A stretch of 64,000 nucleotides of DNA, taken from an uncultured Verrucomicrobiae bacterium (GTDB taxonomy: Bacteria > Verrucomicrobiota > Verrucomicrobiia > Limisphaerales > JAFGQR01). The stretch's first letter is position 1; each line of letters begins with the position of its first letter. The position numbers and the translations under genes are program-made. The stretch spans positions 64,001-128,000 of the forward strand of contig CAWBHS010000099.1 of the NCBI GenBank assembly GCA_963788655.1, given 5' to 3'. This document shows positions 58,171-64,000 of the stretch, piece by piece. The notes below the pieces were generated by a model. It searched no databases and had not been told where the DNA came from. It saw only the letters and a list, made by a program, of their open reading frames with translations.

Positions 58171-61100
58171 TCATTCAACCAGCCGCACACGGTAGAAGCG
58201 TTGACCGCTTGGAGATACTTGCTCCGTTGCTTGCGCGGTGAGGTCTGTCGCTGTAACGTCGCCACCTGCCGCGGTCCACGCCGGTTGAGCAAGATCGACG
58301 GTGTATTCCACTCGATAAACCCGGCCCGGTGCAGCATCCCAACGAAGCGATACTAGGCCACCAGCCGCAACGGTGATTCGCACCGCCGGTGGCGTTTGGT
58401 TGGTATCCATCGGCAAGCCTTGTTGGTCGGGCACATATTGGATTTGATCCACCCAGCCCCGGTCCAAGCCGGCGGTGATTTGATCGTTTTTCGAGTAACG
58501 CCATTTGAGCAATTGCACGCCGGCGGGCACGGGAAACGTTTGGAATTCCCAGTCCACTTCGCCGGAAATGCGAATCTGTTCGGTGCTACCGACGTAGAAT
58601 CGCAATTGATCCTTGTCGGGTTCGCTGGACACTCGCCACCAAAAACTCACGGTGCCCGGCCCCATGATAAACGTTTCCAACCGCGTGTTCTCGCCCGGAC
58701 CAATCACCCCGCTGCGAGCGGCATCCATCCCGTCATGCATCACGTCGGTTTCCGCGATCCACGAAGCAAATCCGGCCATCTGCCAGTGGATGGACGGCGC
58801 ATCCACCGCTTCGCCCAGCGTGAGCAATGTGAGTTGCGCTGCCGGGCTGGTTACGCTGCCAACCTCGTTACTGATCAGCACCGAATAGGTGCCGGCCTGA
58901 AAAGGTTGGACATTGACCAGCACCAACCTCGCGGTAGTGGCGCCACTCACGTTCGTGCCATCCACCAAATTCGTGCCGTCGAATTGCCAATGGAAACTCA
59001 ACGGGGCGGAACCCGTGACGCCAACGTCGAAATTCACGGTGTCGCCTTCGCCCGCGATCTGCGTTACCGGCGGGCTGGTGATTTCCGGCGCGACTGGATT
59101 GCCGGTGAAGAAGAATTGGATCTGGTCCACCCACGCACGGTCCTGGCCGCCGGTGGTGCGGTTGTTCTTCGAATAGCGCCACTTCAACAATTGATCGCCT
59201 ACCGGTACTTCATACGTTCGATATTCCCAGTCCACCTCGCCGGAAATGCGCACCTGTTCAACGTCGCCGATGTAAAAACGCAATTGATCGTTGTCCGGCT
59301 CACTGGAGACCTTCCACCAAAAGCTCACCGTGCCGGGGCCGGTAACGTGCGTTTCCAGCCGCGTGTTTTGGCCATCGACAATCGCCCCGCTGCGGGCGGC
59401 ATCCTCGCCGTCGTGGGAAACCGTCGGTTGCCCCACCCAGGACGCATCGCCCGCGCCGGCCCACTCCCATCCCGGCGTATCCACCGCTTCGGCCAAGGGC
59501 AGGAGGCGAATGACGGTCAACCGCACATCCGCACTGAGGACGCTGCCCACGGCGTTGACGACTTGAACCGAATAGAGGCCCGCATCGGCGGCTTGCACAT
59601 TGGCAAGCCGCAGGGTGGGCGTGTGGCTGCCGCTGACCGAGCCAACGTCACCGAGCGTGAGGCCGTTGCGCCGCCAAAGGTAGTTCAAGGGCGGTGTGCC
59701 GTTCGCTTGCACGCTGAAGGTGACCGTCGCGCCTTCGTCCACGGTCGTGTTTTGCGGCTGACCGGTGATCGCCGGAAGCTGCGGCGCGAATTGCACCTCG
59801 TCCACCCAGGCACGGTCCTGCCCGGCGGTGCGACTGCCATTCTTCGAATAGCGCCATTGGACCGTATGGCTGCCGGCGGGAATGTTAAACGTCCGTGGCA
59901 CCCAATCCACTTCGCCGGAAATTTCGGTTGGGCTCGAACCATCGAGGTAGAAACGCAACCGGTCGTTGTTCGGTTCCGAAGAAACTTTCCACCACCAACT
60001 GAGAGTTCCCGGTCCCACTACCGTCGCTTGAAACCGGGTGTCCCGGCTGTTGCCAATGCTGCCGCTGCGCGCGGCATCCACTCCATCGTGCGTTACCTGC
60101 GTCTGGCCCACCCACGTCGGCGAGCCGCTGACCGACCAATTCCAATCCAGCGCGTCCAAAGCCTCCGCCAGCGGTACCAGCGGGAAAATCGTCAAAACGG
60201 CATTGGAACTAACGACCAGCGCAGCCGCGTTGCTGACGGTCAGCGAGTATGTTCCAGCCTGTGCCGGCGTGACATTGGCCAGACGCAATGTCGCCGTGGT
60301 GGCGCCACTCACCGAACCACCGTTGCTCAGGTTGACGCCGTTGCGCCGCCATTGATACGAAAATGGCGACGTGCCGGTGGCATGCACGGAGAATGTAACC
60401 GTTTCGCCTTCTTCGACACTTTGACTGGCCGGTTGCTGGGTAATGGTCGGTGGAATCGTCGGTACGTACGACACCTGGTCCAGCCAGCCCCGGTCCTGGC
60501 CGCTGGTCAAGAGCAGGTCTTTGCGGTAGCGCCATTCCAACAATTGGAGGCCGAGCGGAATGTCAATGGTTGCCTGTTGCCAACTCACATTGCCATAGAT
60601 GCTCGCCCGCATCACGTTCCCGACGTAGAATCGCAACTGGTCGTTGGTGGCCTGCGAGGAAACGCTCCACCAGAAACTGATCCGCCCCGGACCGGCGATG
60701 GTGGTTTGCAACAACGTTTCACCGGTCGGAGGAATGGGGCCGCTCTGCGCCGCATCCACCCCGTCGTGGGTCGTGCTGGTTTGGACTGTCCAGATGGAAT
60801 CTCCCTTGGTGATCCAACCCGAACTCCACACGCTGTTGGACGGCGTGCCCCAACCGGTGGTTTCAAGCGCATCGGCAAACGGGCTCCCGGTCAACACTGT
60901 CAAAACGGCATTGGAACTGATGGCCCGGCCACCATCGTTTTCCGCGATGGCCGAATAAGCGCCGCTCTGGGCGGGTTGGACGTTGGTGAGGATCAGCTTG
61001 CTCGAGGTGACGCCACCAATCGTCGCGCTATTGGTCAAGTTCACACCATTAAACCGCCACTGGTTCTGGACAATCGGCGTGTTGGTGACACTCGCGTGGA

Positions 61101-63999
61101 ACGTGACATTGGCGCCGGTGTCGGCAGTCAGGCTATCAGGATGCCCGCTGACCTTCGGCGCCGTCGATCCGAAGTGAACGGCATCCACCCAGCCGCGATC
61201 CTGTCCCGACGACCCGCTGCTGTCTTTGGTGTAGGCCCACTGGAACACGTGCGTTCCCTCCCAATAATCGAATGTTCGCCAGTTCCAATCCACTTCGCCC
61301 GAGAGGTTGGCCTGTGCCACGCCGTCCACCAGGAACTGGAGATAGTCGCGGCCGGACTGCGAGGAAACCTTCCACCAAAAACTCACCGATCCCGGTCCCG
61401 TCACCGTGGTTTTCATCCAAGCAGTGGCGCCGTTGGCCAATTCAGGACTTTCGGCGGCGTCCCGCCAATCGTGCGTGACCGCCGCCTGCCCGAACCATGG
61501 CGCCGCGCCGCCCAGCGTCCACGGCCCGTACGGATCATCCACCGCTTCGGGAATGCTGATCACGGGAATCACCTGCAACCGCGCGCTGGCGCTGACGTCC
61601 AGGCTGTAATCGTTTTGCACGACCACGGTGTAATCGCCTTCATTGGCCGCTCCCACGTTCAGCAACGTAAGCCTCGGGCTGGTGGCGCCCATCACCATGG
61701 CGCCGTCCGCCAGGTTTTGTCCGTTGAAACGCCATTGGTGACTCATCGGTGTGGTGCCGATGGCTTTGGTTTCAAAGGTGACCGTCGCGCCCGGCGCCAC
61801 GTCCTGGCTCACCGGCTGCAACGTGATCTTGGGCGGAATCGGGCCGGTGCCCGGGACGAATTGGAATTCATCCAGCCAGCCCCGATCCTGGCCTTTGACT
61901 CCCAGGTAGTCTTTGGAATAGATCCAGCGGAGCACATGATTGCCGGCGGGCAAGCCGAACGTGGGTTGCTGCCAATCCACCTCCCCGCTGAGGTTGGCCC
62001 ATTCCACGTCATCGACATAAAACCGCAACCAGTCGCCGTTTGTTTCCGAGGAAACTTTCCACCAGAACCGCACCACGCCGGAACCCAACACGGTAGTTTC
62101 CAGCCAGGAGGATTGGGTCGGTCCGGTCGGGCCGCTGGCGACGGCGTGGAGACCGTCATGGGTCACCTCGCCTTCCGGAAACCAGGGAGCTGAACCACCC
62201 GTGGTCCAAGTCAAGTGGGGAGCGTTCACGGCATCGGGCAACGTCAGAACCATCACGGTTGCGTTGGAACTGACCACGCTGCCCAGGGCGTTGTTGACGC
62301 GCAGGATATAAACACCGGACTGCTCCCGCTGGGCGTTGGTGATTCGGAGCGTTGGGGTGGTGGCGCCACTAACGTTGCCGAAGTTCGCCAGGTCTTCGCC
62401 ATCATACTGCCATTGGTAGCTTAGTGGCGTGGCACCGCTGGCCAGTGCGGTCAGCGTCACGGTCGTTCCGACCACCACCGTTTGGCCCGCGGGTTGACGG
62501 ATGATCGTTGGCATGGGCGGGCCGAATTGAATGCGGTCCACCCAGCCACGGTCCTGGCCGCGCGAAGTAGAGCGGTCCTTCGAATACGTCCAACGCAACA
62601 CTTGGTTACCCGAGCCGAGATCGAAGGATCGCCATTGCCAGTCCACTTCACCGGAGATGCGAGCTTGCTCCGAACCATTTACGGTGAAGATCAAAGGATC
62701 ATCGGTTTGTTCGGAAGAGACCTTCCACCAAAAGCTCACCGTGTCCGGTCCGGCCACCGTGGTTTCCAGCCAAACGGCGTCCCGATTGCCGATGTCGCCG
62801 CTTTCCGCGGCGTCCTGTTGGTCGAACGTCGTCGAGGTTTGGTTGAACCACACGGCGTCACCGCCGGTTGTGAACACGTGGCCGGGCGCATCGACCGCTT
62901 CGGCCAGCAGCGAAGCGGCGTTGACCGTCAACAGCGCGCTGGAGCTGACAACGCTGCCGGCGCTGTTGGTCACCCGCACGGAATAGAGGCCGGCTTGTGC
63001 GGACTGCACGTCAGTCAACCGCAGCGTCGCAGTCGTTGCACCGCTCACGGAACTGCTATCGGCCAGATCCATACCGTTCCATTGCCACTGGTAACTCAAC
63101 GGTCCCGCCCCGGCGGCCACCACGGTAAACGTGCGGGTGGCGCCCAGTTCGGCGGTTTGGTTTGCTGGCTGGGAGAGAACGATCGGTGGTGGCGGCCCCC
63201 GACGCACCTGGTCCACCCAGGCCCGATCCTGCCCGGCGTGGGAGTTGCTGTTCTTCGAGTAACGCCATTGCAATTCATGTTCGCCTGCTGGCACGTCGAA
63301 GGTGCGCCATTCCCAGTCCACTTCACCGGAGATGCGGAATTGATCTTCCGCATCCAGCATGAACCGCAACCAATCATGATCGGCTTCCGAGGACACCTTC
63401 CACCAGAAACTCACCTGCACCGGGCCGACGACGGTCGTCTTGATAAACGCATACTGACTGTCCCCGACCACGGTCGTTTGCGCGGCTTCGATTCCATCAA
63501 GCGTCACATCGGTTTCGCACTGCCACGGCGGGGCGCGACCATCGCTGGTCCATTCCAAGTCCGGCGCATCAAGGGCATCTCCAAGAAAACATTCGCGGAT
63601 GACCTGAGCCGTGCCGCCGACGTACTCGGCAGCGAACAGTTCATTGTTGCCGGAAAATAACGCGCGCCGGGTGGGCTGGTCGCACATCGCTACGGTGACC
63701 GTTTCCGTCCGGACCACTGGCTGTCCCTGGAACGCCACCTCGACCACAATGTAGGTCCCCGCGCTCAAGGCCAGACCGTCGGGCAGCGCCCAGGTTACGC
63801 CTACCCGACCCACCGCCGCCTGGGTGGTATCAACGATCAAGCTGGCGTTGGCCGTTTCCCCCAATCGGACGCCGGCAAACGATACCAGCAAGGGATCGAA
63901 ACAGAGGCTGAAGCCGAGTTCGTTTTCGCCACCGCGCGCTTCGAGCAACACGGGCAACCAATTGGGTTCGCCGCTGGTTAGTTGGATGTCTCCGGCGCG
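58171..63999 (-). CDS. Very large surface/adhesin-like protein: cohesin-like domain, 8 Trp-rich (MAM-like) domains alternating with 7 Ig I-set domains, and a C-terminal domain; 5' end outside the window
   Basis: Frame stays open to the window end. Repeats THDGxDAAxSG...GPGTVSFWWKVSSE...ISGEVDW...WxYSK...GQDRxWVD alternate with PxIxxQPxxQ...PLSYQW..NG...SGATT.TL...AG.YSV.V.N. Confidence 0.9.
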   Translation of the reverse strand, partial: RAGDIQLTSGEPNWLPVLLEARGGENELGFSLCFDPLLVSFAGVRLGETANASLIVDTTQAAVGRVGVTWALPDGLALSAGTYIVVEVAFQGQPVVRTETVTVAMCDQPTRRALFSGNNELFAAEYVGGTAQVIRECFLGDALDAPDLEWTSDGRAPPWQCETDVTLDGIEAAQTTVVGDSQYAFIKTTVVGPVQVSFWWKVSSEADHDWLRFMLDAEDQFRISGEVDWEWRTFDVPAGEHELQWRYSKNSNSHAGQDRAWVDQVRRGPPPPIVLSQPANQTAELGATRTFTVVAAGAGPLSYQWQWNGMDLADSSSVSGATTATLRLTDVQSAQAGLYSVRVTNSAGSVVSSSALLTVNAASLLAEAVDAPGHVFTTGGDAVWFNQTSTTFDQQDAAESGDIGNRDAVWLETTVAGPDTVSFWWKVSSEQTDDPLIFTVNGSEQARISGEVDWQWRSFDLGSGNQVLRWTYSKDRSTSRGQDRGWVDRIQFGPPMPTIIRQPAGQTVVVGTTVTLTALASGATPLSYQWQYDGEDLANFGNVSGATTPTLRITNAQREQSGVYILRVNNALGSVVSSNATVMVLTLPDAVNAPHLTWTTGGSAPWFPEGEVTHDGLHAVASGPTGPTQSSWLETTVLGSGVVRFWWKVSSETNGDWLRFYVDDVEWANLSGEVDWQQPTFGLPAGNHVLRWIYSKDYLGVKGQDRGWLDEFQFVPGTGPIPPKITLQPVSQDVAPGATVTFETKAIGTTPMSHQWRFNGQNLADGAMVMGATSPRLTLLNVGAANEGDYTVVVQNDYSLDVSASARLQVIPVISIPEAVDDPYGPWTLGGAAPWFGQAAVTHDWRDAAESPELANGATAWMKTTVTGPGSVSFWWKVSSQSGRDYLQFLVDGVAQANLSGEVDWNWRTFDYWEGTHVFQWAYTKDSSGSSGQDRGWVDAVHFGSTAPKVSGHPDSLTADTGANVTFHASVTNTPIVQNQWRFNGVNLTNSATIGGVTSSKLILTNVQPAQSGAYSAIAENDGGRAISSNAVLTVLTGSPFADALETTGWGTPSNSVWSSGWITKGDSIWTVQTSTTHDGVDAAQSGPIPPTGETLLQTTIAGPGRISFWWSVSSQATNDQLRFYVGNVMRASIYGNVSWQQATIDIPLGLQLLEWRYRKDLLLTSGQDRGWLDQVSYVPTIPPTITQQPASQSVEEGETVTFSVHATGTSPFSYQWRRNGVNLSNGGSVSGATTATLRLANVTPAQAGTYSLTVSNAAALVVSSNAVLTIFPLVPLAEALDALDWNWSVSGSPTWVGQTQVTHDGVDAARSGSIGNSRDTRFQATVVGPGTLSWWWKVSSEPNNDRLRFYLDGSSPTEISGEVDWVPRTFNIPAGSHTVQWRYSKNGSRTAGQDRAWVDEVQFAPQLPAITGQPQNTTVDEGATVTFSVQANGTPPLNYLWRRNGLTLGDVGSVSGSHTPTLRLANVQAADAGLYSVQVVNAVGSVLSADVRLTVIRLLPLAEAVDTPGWEWAGAGDASWVGQPTVSHDGEDAARSGAIVDGQNTRLETHVTGPGTVSFWWKVSSEPDNDQLRFYIGDVEQVRISGEVDWEYRTYEVPVGDQLLKWRYSKNNRTTGGQDRAWVDQIQFFFTGNPVAPEITSPPVTQIAGEGDTVNFDVGVTGSAPLSFHWQFDGTNLVDGTNVSGATTARLVLVNVQPFQAGTYSVLISNEVGSVTSPAAQLTLLTLGEAVDAPSIHWQMAGFASWIAETDVMHDGMDAARSGVIGPGENTRLETFIMGPGTVSFWWRVSSEPDKDQLRFYVGSTEQIRISGEVDWEFQTFPVPAGVQLLKWRYSKNDQITAGLDRGWVDQIQYVPDQQGLPMDTNQTPPAVRITVAAGGLVSLRWDAAPGRVYRVEYTVDLAQPAWTAAGGDVTATDLTAQATEQVSPSGQRFYRVRLVE

Positions 64000-64000
64000 C

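Noticed and set aside
58396..62193. 1265-aa plus-strand ORF
   Set aside because: Antisense shadow of the GC-rich repeat protein with no recognisable motifs. The same applies to 7780..9249, 9478..10824, 22258..23838 and similar long antisense ORFs.

Overview
GC-rich bacterial chromosomal window, most likely Verrucomicrobiota subdivision 3 (Pedosphaerales/Limisphaerales-like). The taxonomy is an inference from a VPDSG-CTERM protein, a DUF1080 protein and Ig-repeat surface proteins. About 50 genes. Housekeeping genes: pckG, rnd, fabG-acpP-fabF, pdp, surA-pdxA, an RluB-type synthase, a sigma70 factor and apt. A phosphate-acquisition island (porin-pstSCAB-phoU with 11-bp-periodic Pho-box-like repeats) sits back-to-back with an exbB-exbD operon. 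Also present: several ABC modules, a PAS/GAF two-component pair and a >1900-aa Ig-repeat surface protein running off the right end. The top candidate for a new system is the third gene of the exbBD operon. It starts with a TonB-type SxxxH membrane anchor and a Pro-rich linker joined directly, in one frame, to the plug and barrel of a TonB-dependent receptor, and no separate tonB lies in the window. Other unusual genes: a tandem kinase/pseudokinase-like protein and an HPF/RaiA-sigma-like fusion upstream of pckG, and a SurA carrying a propeller-blade-like insert. Intergenic DNA is rich in REP-like doublets and heptamer repeats and holds one 275-bp IS5-like MITE. Five genes carry single-base +1 insertions and one has an in-frame TAA, which points to residual sequencing errors. 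No rRNA, tRNA or CRISPR array was recognised. All family assignments come from motif recognition by eye; no database searches were run.
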